NCBI GenBank assembly: GCA_001899525.1
Contig: MKVY01000029.1
Span: forward strand, 112,733-176,732
Direction of reading: 5' to 3'
Length of the DNA: 64,000 nucleotides
Origin: Rhizobiales bacterium 65-9
Lineage (GTDB): Bacteria; Pseudomonadota; Alphaproteobacteria; Rhizobiales; Beijerinckiaceae
In this document: piece by piece, positions 39,490 to 47,922 of the stretch
Layout of the letters: the number at the start of each line of letters is the position of its first letter
Numbering within the stretch: position 1 is the stretch's first letter
Notes under the pieces: model-generated
Told to the model about the DNA's origin: nothing
The model's database searches: none
The model's input: the letters and a program-made list of their open reading frames with translations, nothing else
Made by a program: the position numbers and the translations under genes

Positions 39490-39927
39490 TCAGGAAAGCT
39501 CTTCGATAAGGTTGCGTATGCCCGATCGTGAGAAGTAGTCGAATTCGTCAATTTCTCGCATGCCTTTCCCGTGAACATTGCATATCGGGACAGATCCAAA
39601 CTTGTTTCTAAATTCGAGCAACAAGGCTCGCTCTAGTTTAATCCACGTTTTCACCTTCTGTCGTGGCTTACAGGTTATGATCCGCGCGTGAAACTCTCTA
39701 ACGCCCGACTCCGAAAGTATATTATCAGCGCGGTGAGCTACACTGGACGCTACCCGAGCGAGTCCCTGTCTTGTGGTTCCGATGTAACAAATCCGCGACT
39801 TCATCTTCCCATAACTGAACCGTTTGTCAGCGATCAAAACATAGACAAGACGGTTTTTTCCGACTGATACACGCGTCGCCCGCAGCGCGTGCTCGCGATG
39901 TAAGGATGTACGAATTCGCCGGATCAT
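39490..39927 (-). CDS. hypothetical protein, GIY-YIG-like motifs, low-GC
   Basis: 145-aa ORF in an AT-rich patch. It has LVYVLIAD...SRICYIGTTRQGLARV...ERALLLEF...PICNVHG. It ends 29 nt upstream of the HicB-like gene on the same strand. Confidence 0.65.
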   Translation of the reverse strand: MIRRIRTSLHREHALRATRVSVGKNRLVYVLIADKRFSYGKMKSRICYIGTTRQGLARVASSVAHRADNILSESGVREFHARIITCKPRQKVKTWIKLERALLLEFRNKFGSVPICNVHGKGMREIDEFDYFSRSGIRNLIEELS

Positions 39928-39971
39928 AGGCTCTCCGAAATCAAGAAGCCAATATTAGATAGTCAAGCCCC

Positions 39972-40757
39972 TCACACATGCTGCCCGCCATTGATGTGCA
40001 GCTCCGCGCCGGTGACGTAGCTCGACTGCTCGGTGCACAGGAACAGGATGGCGCGCGCCACCTCCTCGGTCTTGCCGAGCCGGTTGAGCGGCAGCGTCTC
40101 GACGATCTTCTCGGTGCCGGGCGACAGGATCGAGGTGTCGATCTCGCCGGGCGAGATCGCGTTGACGCGCACGCCCATCGGGCCGAAGTCGGAGGCCATC
40201 TCGCGCGTCAGCGCGGCGAGCGCCGCCTTCGAGGTGCCGTAGGCCGCGCCGGCGAAGGGATGCACGCGCGAGCCGGCGATCGAGGTGACGTTGACGATCG
40301 TTCCCTTGGCCGCTTTCAATTCGTCGAGCAGGCCGCGCGCCAACATGATCGGCGCGAAGAAATTCACCTGGAAGACGTTGTGCCAATCGTTGAAGGTGGT
40401 GTTGGCCGCGCCGAGCCGCTTGCCGTTCGCGCCCTTCGGCGAGATCGCGGCGTTGTTGACGAGCGCGTTCAGCTTGCCGCCTTCGGCTTTCAGCCGCTCC
40501 TTGATCTCGGCGATCCCGCGCATCGTGTCCTCGGGATCGGCGAGGTCGATCTGCACATGGTCGTCGGCGCCCGAGGGCCACGGGCATTTGTCGGAGAAGG
40601 GCTGGCGCGAGCAGGACAGGATGCGCCAGCCATTCATGGCGAAGAGCTTCACCGTCGCATGGCCGATGCCGCGCGAGGCGCCGGTCAGAAGCATCACCGG
40701 CCGCTGGCCCGGTTCGGTTTTCGGCAGCGCGGCCAGGACGTGGGGAGGAAGGGACAT
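39972..40757 (-). CDS. SDR-family oxidoreductase
   Basis: It has TGASRGIG, NNAA and the YGTSKAAL catalytic motif. The start is taken as ATG 40757. Confidence 0.88.
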   Translation of the reverse strand: MSLPPHVLAALPKTEPGQRPVMLLTGASRGIGHATVKLFAMNGWRILSCSRQPFSDKCPWPSGADDHVQIDLADPEDTMRGIAEIKERLKAEGGKLNALVNNAAISPKGANGKRLGAANTTFNDWHNVFQVNFFAPIMLARGLLDELKAAKGTIVNVTSIAGSRVHPFAGAAYGTSKAALAALTREMASDFGPMGVRVNAISPGEIDTSILSPGTEKIVETLPLNRLGKTEEVARAILFLCTEQSSYVTGAELHINGGQHV

Positions 40758-40783
40758 CGGCGTGCTCGAAAAGCGTCGGGGGC

Positions 40784-41413
40784 TTAGGGATAGAAGCGCG
40801 TCTTCTCCCACGGCGCGCCGGGCGCCGCGCGGGTGAAGATCAGCCGCTCATGCAGCCGGAAGGGCCGGTCGCGCCAGAACTCGAACGAGAGCGGCGCGAT
40901 GCGGAAGCCTTTCCAGTAGGGCGGGCGGGGAACGGCGCCCACGGCGTATTTGGCGGCGTGGAAGGCGACCGCCTTCTCGAGCGCGAACCGGCTTTCCAGC
41001 GGCCGGCTCTGCTGGCTCGCCCAGGCGCCGATGCGCGAATCGCGCGGGCGCGACTCGAAATAGGCGTCCGACTGCGCGTCGCTGACCAGGCTGACAGGCC
41101 CGCGGAAGCGCACCTGCCGGCGCAGCGACTTCCAGTGGAACAGGCCGGCGGCCTGCATGTTGGCGGCGAGCTCCCGTCCCTTCTGGCTTTCGGTGTTGGT
41201 GTAGAACACGAAGCCGTCGCGGTCCCATTCCTTCATCAGCACCATGCGCAGGTTGGGCAGCCCGTCGGCGTCGGCGGTCGCGACGGCCATGCCGTTCGGG
41301 TCGTTCGGCTCGGAGCGTTCAGCTTCCGGGAACCATGCGGCGAAGAGCGTAAACGGATCGTCGACCGCATCCTCGCCGCGCTCACCGCTTCTTAACTCTT
41401 GATTGTTTTGCAT
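40784..41413 (-). CDS. pdxH: pyridoxamine 5'-phosphate oxidase
   Basis: It has [32 protein letters not shown] and [14 protein letters not shown] motifs. Internal ATG at 41413. Confidence 0.93.
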   Translation of the reverse strand: MQNNQELRSGERGEDAVDDPFTLFAAWFPEAERSEPNDPNGMAVATADADGLPNLRMVLMKEWDRDGFVFYTNTESQKGRELAANMQAAGLFHWKSLRRQVRFRGPVSLVSDAQSDAYFESRPRDSRIGAWASQQSRPLESRFALEKAVAFHAAKYAVGAVPRPPYWKGFRIAPLSFEFWRDRPFRLHERLIFTRAAPGAPWEKTRFYP

Positions 41414-41918
41414 GGCTTTCGAATTCGGACAGGTGGCGACGTTGGTTGCGTATATCGAAAGCAGGGCTCGCGGCCAGCGCCGTTTGCGACGGGTTCTTCT
41501 GGGCTGCGCGCTGCTCGGCGGCCTCGCCACGGCCGGCTGCAGCATCTCGCCCTTGTCTCTGTTCACTGGCGACGAGGACGACGTGCCGGTGACCGGCTCG
41601 ATCGCGTCGAAGCAGCCGTCGCCCTTGTCGAGGGCGATGACGGCCGAGGACTGGCGCCGCGCCCAGGCCGCGCTTGCGGTCGCGCTCGATCCGCAGGGCA
41701 ATGGCGCGAGCGCGGGCTGGGACAATCCAGAAACCAAGCTCAAGGGCTCGATTGCGCCGGTCGGCGCGCCCTATGTGAAGAATGATGAGGTCTGCCGCGC
41801 CTTCCTCGCGACCACGGTCACCGCGGCCGGGCAGGAATGGACGCAGGGCGACGCCTGCAAGCCGAGCGGCGGCGACTGGGCCGTGCGCGGCGCGAAACCG
41901 TGGAAGAAGCCGGCCTGA
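41412..41918 (+). CDS. lipoprotein (17-kDa surface-antigen-like), start uncertain
   Basis: The lipobox is [10 protein letters not shown]. Candidate starts are ATG 41412, a GTG, or TTG 41484, which gives [19 protein letters not shown]. Confidence 0.68.
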   Translation: MAFEFGQVATLVAYIESRARGQRRLRRVLLGCALLGGLATAGCSISPLSLFTGDEDDVPVTGSIASKQPSPLSRAMTAEDWRRAQAALAVALDPQGNGASAGWDNPETKLKGSIAPVGAPYVKNDEVCRAFLATTVTAAGQEWTQGDACKPSGGDWAVRGAKPWKKPA

Positions 41919-42088
41919 AAGCGGCCGCCGCGGCTTGCGGGGCGCGGCGATTCTCCCCACATCAGCGGTGAATTCGGCGCGGAAGGCCGGCGGCTTGGCT
42001 CGTCCTCTTGACCGCGCTGACAGCTTGATTGTCGCAAGTCCGGCCGGAACCGACTACAGTCCGCGCCGGCTTGCGTTGTGGGAGTCCG

Positions 42089-43030
42089 ATGCGCGATCCT
42101 TACACAGTGCTTGGCGTTTCGAAATCGGCCAGCGAGGCCGAGATCAAGAAGGCGTTCCGCAAGCTCGCGAAGCAGCATCATCCCGATCGCAACAAGGATG
42201 ATCCCAAGGCGAAGGAGCGGTTCGCCGAGGCCAACACGGCCTACGAGATCGTCGGCGACAAGGACAAGCGCGGCCAGTTCGATCGCGGCGAGATCGACGC
42301 GGAGGGCAAGCCCCGCTTCCAGGGCTTCGATCCGCGCGGCGGACCCGGCGCGGGCGGGGCTGGGGCGGGCCGCGGCGGCCGGGGCGGTTTCGAGGGCTTC
42401 TCGTTCGGCTTCGGCCAGGATGGTCCGTTCCAGCGCGGCGGCGCGGGCGGCGCCGATGCGGCCGACATGTTCTCCGACATTTTCAGCCAGATGGGCCGCG
42501 GCGGCGGCCGGCAGTCGCAGCCGCCGCGCAAGGGCGCGGACATCGAGGCGGAGCTGTCCCTGAGCCTGGAGGATCTGGTCGCCGGCGGCGCGCGGCGCAT
42601 GAGCCTGCCCAACGGCCGCGAGGTCGAGGTCAATATTCCCGCCGGCGTCGGCGACGGCAAGACCATCCGGCTGAAGGGACAGGGCCAGCCCTCGCCGAAC
42701 GGCGGGCCGGCCGGCGACCTCCTGCTCACCGTGCGGCTGCGGCCCCATCCGCGCTTCACGGTCGACGGGTTCGATCTGAAGATGACGCAGCGCGTGCCGC
42801 TGATCGACGCCGTGCTCGGCGGCCCGGTGCGGGTCGAGGCGCTGGACGGGGCGGTCGAACTCGCGCTGCCGGCGATGACCTCGAGCGGCCGGAACTTCCG
42901 CCTGCGCGGCAAGGGTCTGCCCAAGGCCGACGGCCGCGGCGATCTGTATGTGACGACTTCCATCGTCTTGCCCGAGGGCGGCGATGAGGAGCTGGAGGCG
43001 CTGATGCGCAAAAGGCGCGGTGGCGGCTGA
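42089..43030 (+). CDS. cbpA: DnaJ-family co-chaperone without zinc finger (CbpA-like)
   Basis: The J-domain is DPYTVLGVSKSASEAEIKKAFRKLAKQHHPDRN. A G/F-rich linker and C-terminal DnaJ_C repeats follow. There is no CxxCxGxG motif. Confidence 0.87.
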   Translation: MRDPYTVLGVSKSASEAEIKKAFRKLAKQHHPDRNKDDPKAKERFAEANTAYEIVGDKDKRGQFDRGEIDAEGKPRFQGFDPRGGPGAGGAGAGRGGRGGFEGFSFGFGQDGPFQRGGAGGADAADMFSDIFSQMGRGGGRQSQPPRKGADIEAELSLSLEDLVAGGARRMSLPNGREVEVNIPAGVGDGKTIRLKGQGQPSPNGGPAGDLLLTVRLRPHPRFTVDGFDLKMTQRVPLIDAVLGGPVRVEALDGAVELALPAMTSSGRNFRLRGKGLPKADGRGDLYVTTSIVLPEGGDEELEALMRKRRGGG

Positions 43031-43058
43031 CGCTCGGCCGGCGCTTCCACGCCCTGGC

Positions 43059-43388
43059 TCAGAGCCGCAGCAGCAGCGCGCCGACGATCGCGACGCCGAG
43101 GCCGAAGCCGGCGACGAATCCGAAAGCGAAGAGGAATTTGCCGCGGTCCTCGCGGTCGCTCGCGGCTTTCATGCGCGCGATCCGCAGCCGGAGCGGCAGC
43201 GCCTCGTCCGCGACGGGCGCCAGCCGGGCCCGCATCGCGTCGCGCTGTTCCGCCCATCGGGCGGCGCGGGCCGCCGCCGCCTCGTCCTGCGCGAGATGGG
43301 CCCGCACGGCCGACACGTCCCGCCCGCTCAGTTCGCCGTCGACATAGGCGTGCAGGTCGGCCTCCATCACGAGGCGTTGCGCGGTCAC
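43059..43388 (-). CDS. anti-sigma factor, single-pass membrane
   Basis: It has the LHAYVDGELS motif and a C-terminal TM segment FLFAFGFVAGFGLGVAIVGALLL. Its GTG start overlaps the sigma gene TGA as GTGA. Confidence 0.7.
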   Translation of the reverse strand: MTAQRLVMEADLHAYVDGELSGRDVSAVRAHLAQDEAAAARAARWAEQRDAMRARLAPVADEALPLRLRIARMKAASDREDRGKFLFAFGFVAGFGLGVAIVGALLLRL

Positions 43389-43882
43389 GACACCACCCTC
43401 AGATGCGAGCGCGCCGCGAGCCGCCCGGCTTCGGGCTGGGGCTCGCCGCGGGCGCGGGCCAGGCGGGCGATCAGGGCCGTCCGGGTGACGCCGAGGATGT
43501 CGGCCGCGTCCTCGTAGGAGCAGCCCTCGACGGCGACGAGCAGGATCGCTTCCCGCTCCACCAGCGTCATCGCCGCCAGCGGATCGCTCCCGTCTCTGGC
43601 CGGCTGCTCCGCGAGCGGCGCGAACAGCCGGACGACGCCCCGGGCCTCGCCGCCATAGAGATCGGGATCGGGCAGGGCGGAGACCCGCATTCTGTTAAAA
43701 TCGGTCAGGATGGCGTAGAGTCTCCGTTTCAGGGCCGCGCCCCGGCCAAGCCCCCGCGACCGGATCGCGGACAGGAGGGCGTCCTGGGTCAGGTCGTCCC
43801 CGATCTCCGTCGAGCCCGTCAGGCCGCGCGCATAGCGCCGCAGGCAAGGGGTCAGCGCCGCAATGTCGGATCGGCGAGCCAC
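43385..43882 (-). CDS. ECF (sigma-70 family) RNA polymerase sigma factor
   Basis: Region 2-like: LRRYARGLTGS...DDLTQDALLSA. Region 4 HTH: LVAVEGCSYEDAADILGVTRTALIARLARAR. GTG 43882 is preceded by GGGAGGAGG; the tracked ORF extension is a shadow of fabI. Confidence 0.8.
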   Translation of the reverse strand: MARRSDIAALTPCLRRYARGLTGSTEIGDDLTQDALLSAIRSRGLGRGAALKRRLYAILTDFNRMRVSALPDPDLYGGEARGVVRLFAPLAEQPARDGSDPLAAMTLVEREAILLVAVEGCSYEDAADILGVTRTALIARLARARGEPQPEAGRLAARSHLRVVS

Positions 43883-44080
43883 CCGCCTCCTCCCGAGCCT
43901 TCTGTAAAGTTTGATTAACCAATCCTGCCCAGCGCCGTCTGTCCAGTCCGCGCCGGCGGTCGCCCACAGGAGCCGCCAAGAAACCCACAGCGGCGTTGGC
44001 GGCCCCGCCTTTCGGCTTTCCCGCCCCGCCGCCATTCGGTATAGCGCGCCGCTAACCAACAAACGGCGCGGAAGCGATTC

Positions 44081-44899
44081 ATGGCCACAGGCGGCATCTT
44101 GCGGGGAAAACGCGGTCTGGTCATGGGCGTCGCCAACAACCGGTCGATCGCCTGGGGCATCGCGCGAGCCGCCCATGAGCAGGGCGCCGAGCTCGCCTTC
44201 ACCTTCCAGGGCGAGGCGCTGGAGAAGCGCGTCCGGCCGCTGGCGGAGTCGATCGGCGCGAAGGTCGTCGGCCATTGCGACGTGACGGACGGGGCGACCA
44301 TCGACGCGGTCTTCTCGGAAATTCAGTCGCTCTGGGGCGGCCTCGATTTCCTCATCCACTGCATCGCCTTCTCCGACAAGAACGAGCTGACCGGCCGCTA
44401 TGTCGACACGAGCCAGGAGAATTTCACCTCCAGCCTGCTGATCTCCTGCTATTCGCTGACCGCCGTCGCGCAGCGGGCCGAGAAAATGATGCCGAACGGC
44501 GGCGCCATGCTGACGCTGACCTATTACGGCGCCGAGAAATGGATGCCCCATTATAACGTCATGGGCGTCGCCAAGGCGGCGCTGGAGGCGAGCGTGCGCT
44601 ATCTCGCCGCCGATCTCGGCCCGAAGAACATCCGCGTCAACGCCATCTCGGCCGGGCCGATCAAGACGCTCGCGGCCTCGGGCATCGGCGACTTCCGCTA
44701 CATTCTGAAATGGAACGAGTTCAACTCGCCCCTGCGCCGCACGGTGACGATCGAGGAGGTCGGCGAGACCGCCGCCTTCCTGTCCTCCGACATGGCGCGC
44801 GGGATCACCGGCGAGATCCTGCATGTCGACGCCGGCTATCATGTCGTCGGCATGAAGAATCCGGAGGCGCCGGACATGAGCCTCGACAAGGGCGAGTGA
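44081..44899 (+). CDS. fabI: enoyl-[acyl-carrier-protein] reductase (NADH)
   Basis: It has GKRGLVMGVANNRSIAWGIA, YYGAEK..P.YNVMGVAKAALE and ISAGPIKTLAASGI motifs. Confidence 0.95.
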   Translation: MATGGILRGKRGLVMGVANNRSIAWGIARAAHEQGAELAFTFQGEALEKRVRPLAESIGAKVVGHCDVTDGATIDAVFSEIQSLWGGLDFLIHCIAFSDKNELTGRYVDTSQENFTSSLLISCYSLTAVAQRAEKMMPNGGAMLTLTYYGAEKWMPHYNVMGVAKAALEASVRYLAADLGPKNIRVNAISAGPIKTLAASGIGDFRYILKWNEFNSPLRRTVTIEEVGETAAFLSSDMARGITGEILHVDAGYHVVGMKNPEAPDMSLDKGE

Positions 44900-45005
44900 G
44901 CCGGCGGTCATCGCCGGGATCAAACGTCGCATCGGCGCGTCGCCTGGCTTTGTTGCCCGCCGGCTCGAATTGTCGCAAGCATAGGCGGCATTCTGGAGCT
45001 TCGCG

Positions 45006-45413
45006 ATGAAAGCCAATCTCCTGCTCGCGGCCGCCGCGGCGATGAGCCTCGGCGCCTGCCAGACGACCTCCGCTCCGCAGTCCGAGGCGGAAGTGATTTT
45101 CACGTCCCATGGCGGAACGGTGCGCGCGCGGCATTATCGCGACGTCGCGGAGGATTGTTCGAACCGCGGCTACGCCAGCATCGCGATCGCCTCGCCGCCG
45201 CGCGGCGGCCGCATCGAACTGCGGCGCGAGGGCGAGTTTCCGGGCTTTCCTCCGAGCAATCCGCGTTCGAAATGCAACAACCGCAAGGTGGACGGCGTCG
45301 GCGTCTATTATGTAAGCGATCCGAAATTTATCGGCGGCGATCGCTTCACGGTCGAGGTCATCTGGGCGGACGGCGCGCGCTGGACGCAGGATTTCGTCGT
45401 GCAGGTGCGCTGA
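45006..45413 (+). CDS. hypothetical lipoprotein
   Basis: The signal plus lipobox is MKANLLLAAAAAMSLGAC. 135 aa, with no recognised family. Confidence 0.68.
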   Translation: MKANLLLAAAAAMSLGACQTTSAPQSEAEVIFTSHGGTVRARHYRDVAEDCSNRGYASIAIASPPRGGRIELRREGEFPGFPPSNPRSKCNNRKVDGVGVYYVSDPKFIGGDRFTVEVIWADGARWTQDFVVQVR

Positions 45414-45450
45414 GCGCGCCAAACGGTTTCATCGCAGAAGTTCTGGCAGC

Positions 45451-46032
45451 GTGACGCCCCGCATCTATTTCATCCGCCATGGCGAGACCGACTGGAACGC
45501 GGAGGGCCGCCTGCAGGGGCAGCGCGACATTCCGCTGAACGACCTCGGCCGCGTGCAGGCGCATGAGGCGGGAGCGAAGCTCAAGGCCACCGTGCCGCTG
45601 ATCGAGGATTGCGAATTTCTTTGCAGCCCGATGCTGCGCACCCGCGAGACGATGGAGATCGCGCGCCGCGCCATGGGCCTGCATGGCGTCGGCTACCGGC
45701 TCGAGGATCGCCTGAAGGAGCTGACCTTCGGCGAGTGGGAGGGCTCGATCTGGAGCGAGGTGAAGGCGCGCGATCCGATCGGCGCCAAGGCGCGGACGCG
45801 CGACAAATGGAATTTCGCTCCGCCGGGCGGCGAGAGCTATGCGATGCTGGCCGAGCGCGTGCGGCCCGTGATCGACGGGCTGACGCGCGATACGGTGATG
45901 GTGTCGCATGGCGGCGTCGCCCGCGCGCTGATGGCCATGATCGGCGGTGTTCCCATTGAACTCGCGCCCAATCAGGACATCTGGCAGGGCAAGACGCTCA
46001 TTTTCGCGGACGGACGCTGGAACTGGAGGTAG
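45451..46032 (+). CDS. histidine phosphatase (phosphoglycerate-mutase-like) family protein
   Basis: It has IYFIRHGETDWN and a later SHGGV motif. GTG start. Confidence 0.88.
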   Translation: MTPRIYFIRHGETDWNAEGRLQGQRDIPLNDLGRVQAHEAGAKLKATVPLIEDCEFLCSPMLRTRETMEIARRAMGLHGVGYRLEDRLKELTFGEWEGSIWSEVKARDPIGAKARTRDKWNFAPPGGESYAMLAERVRPVIDGLTRDTVMVSHGGVARALMAMIGGVPIELAPNQDIWQGKTLIFADGRWNWR

Positions 46033-46102
46033 GCCCGACACGATCTCCACGTTTTGGATCAACGTTCACAATCACCAAGTTGAATGATGACGGGGGAAAA
46101 CA

Positions 46103-46960
46103 ATGCTAGCTTTGGAACGACTTTACAAAGACAAACTGGTCGAGGCGTTAAACGGTTTGCATCGTCGCTTTTACCCGAGCGAACTTGCGTTTCTTGCAGC
46201 AACATCAAAACCGGAAGGCTCGCTCCGAGATCAAGTAGCAGTGCGTCTTTATGAGGATATGAAAGACAAGATCATTTCTCGCGAATGGAATCATGTTGAT
46301 CTTGCCTTTCTGAATGCAAGTCAAATTCCTGAATGTCTTGTTGAATTTGAGCTTGTGACGGGCGGCGGCATGTTACATCGAGAGACAGATGAGGAGGCGA
46401 TAAAAGACGTTAAAGATGGCTTTGCCTCCCTTCGAGAGTGGGAAAAGCAGAAGCTCGAAGATGTAAATGCGAGAAGATCTGCCGCGTCAAAGCGCATGCT
46501 TGTCGATCTGATGTATGATCTTGAACAATGTGAGAAGTATTGTTGCGAATTAGAAAAAGATTTCGATGTTCAGAAACTATCGGACCTGCCTATCTTTGGT
46601 GTTGCGCTTGCCACATGTGTTGGTGCGCCGTTTCCTAGTCCGCCTTTCGGCAGAGGGCGGGGCGGAAGGCATTGGCCCAGTATTTTCAAGAATGTGCCTT
46701 CGCAAAGAAGAATTCTTCGCAACGATTCTACCTTAGATAATATCGAGAACCGAGCGAAAGAACTGTTCAAAAAAATCGTTGCGGCTGTGAGAGAATTGAA
46801 TCTTGAAATTTTGAAAGAAGGGGTAATTCGAGGCTCTGGAAACAATGAGGCTCCAGATAAAATTTTTGTGCCTATGCCAGATGGAGAAAAAGCACTTGAG
46901 ATTCCAGTTTCGGTAGTATGGTGGTTGGTCAAGCTAAAACCGCTACACAACCGTCAGTAG
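46103..46960 (+). CDS. hypothetical protein, low-GC orphan
   Basis: Uninterrupted 285-aa ORF in a roughly 0.9-kb AT-rich patch. GGGGGAAAAC lies upstream of the ATG. I recognise no family; there is a weak PD-(D/E)xK-like stretch, HVDLAFLN...ECLVEFELV. Confidence 0.68.
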   Translation: MLALERLYKDKLVEALNGLHRRFYPSELAFLAATSKPEGSLRDQVAVRLYEDMKDKIISREWNHVDLAFLNASQIPECLVEFELVTGGGMLHRETDEEAIKDVKDGFASLREWEKQKLEDVNARRSAASKRMLVDLMYDLEQCEKYCCELEKDFDVQKLSDLPIFGVALATCVGAPFPSPPFGRGRGGRHWPSIFKNVPSQRRILRNDSTLDNIENRAKELFKKIVAAVRELNLEILKEGVIRGSGNNEAPDKIFVPMPDGEKALEIPVSVVWWLVKLKPLHNRQ

Positions 46961-46972
46961 ATGGCCGCCGCC

Positions 46973-47821
46973 TCACACCGCGATGTTGTCGATCAGCCGC
47001 GTCGTGCCGATCTTTCCCGCGAACAGCAGCCTGAGTTTCTCCCCGCCGCCGCGCTTTGGCTGGGCGAGCGTGTCGGCGTTGCGCGCTTCGAGATAATCGA
47101 TCGAAAATCCCGCCTTCTCGAGGGCGGCGCGGCCGCGCTTCAGCGCCGTCGAAAGACTCGCTCCGCCGCGTATCTGCTCGGCCGTTTCTTTCATGACGCG
47201 CGGGATCGCTGCGGCGGCGGCGCGCTCGGTTTCGGAGAGATAGCGGTTGCGCGACGACATCGCGACGCCGTCCGTCTCGCGCACGGTCGGCGCGCCGATC
47301 ACCTTCACCGGAAGATCCAGATCGCGCGCCATGCGCGTCACCACCTTGAGCTGCTGATAATCCTTCTCGCCGAAGAGCGCGAAGTCAGGCGCGCATTGCG
47401 TGAACAGTTTTCCGACCACGGTGGCGACGCCGGCGAAATGCGTCGGACGGAAGGCGTCTTCGAGCCCCGCTTTCGCCGGTCCGTCGAGCGAGATCGTCGT
47501 CGCGAAACCCTCGGGATACATCTCCTCCACCGTCGGGGCGAAGATCAGGTCGGCCTGCGCGACAGCCAGCATCGCCCGGTCGTTCGCGAAGGTGCGCGGA
47601 TATTTCGAGAAGTCCTCGGTCGGCGCGAACTGCGCCGGATTGACGAAGATCGACACGACGACGCGTTTCGCTTTGCGTTGCGCGGCTTTGACGAGCGAGA
47701 TGTGGCCGGGATGGAGGGCGCCCATCGTGGGGACCAGCGCGACGCGCTCGTCCGACGCGCGCCAGCGCGAGACCTCGGCGCGCAGCGCTTTCACGGTGCG
47801 GGCGACAGGAAGCGTGGCCAT
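46973..47821 (-). CDS. panC: pantoate--beta-alanine ligase
   Basis: It has [26 protein letters not shown] and GEKDYQQL motifs. Confidence 0.96.
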   Translation of the reverse strand: MATLPVARTVKALRAEVSRWRASDERVALVPTMGALHPGHISLVKAAQRKAKRVVVSIFVNPAQFAPTEDFSKYPRTFANDRAMLAVAQADLIFAPTVEEMYPEGFATTISLDGPAKAGLEDAFRPTHFAGVATVVGKLFTQCAPDFALFGEKDYQQLKVVTRMARDLDLPVKVIGAPTVRETDGVAMSSRNRYLSETERAAAAAIPRVMKETAEQIRGGASLSTALKRGRAALEKAGFSIDYLEARNADTLAQPKRGGGEKLRLLFAGKIGTTRLIDNIAV

Positions 47822-47922
47822 GATTCTCCTCGGTTTGGGGGCGGACGCATAGCAGCGTCCGATCGCCGCTCCAACCCGCGGGTCTTTGACCCCCTTCCTC
47901 GCGCGGGATAAGGACCGCCGCC

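Noticed and set aside
41403-41414. Apparent head-to-head overlap of the pdxH ATG and the lipoprotein gene ATG on a shared CATG.
   Set aside because: This is most likely an ORF-calling artefact. A downstream TTG at 41484 gives a textbook lipoprotein signal peptide ([19 protein letters not shown]), which leaves a normal divergent promoter region.
42046-42077. GGAAC ... CGTT upstream of the cbpA-like gene as a second EcfG promoter.
   Set aside because: The spacer is 23 nt, far from the required 16-17 nt.
43904-43919. A CtrA-box-like GTAA-N7-TTAAC upstream of the ECF sigma gene.
   Set aside because: Only one half matches TTAA exactly, there is a single occurrence, and it lies about 20 nt from the start codon. 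I have insufficient grounds to call it a CtrA site.
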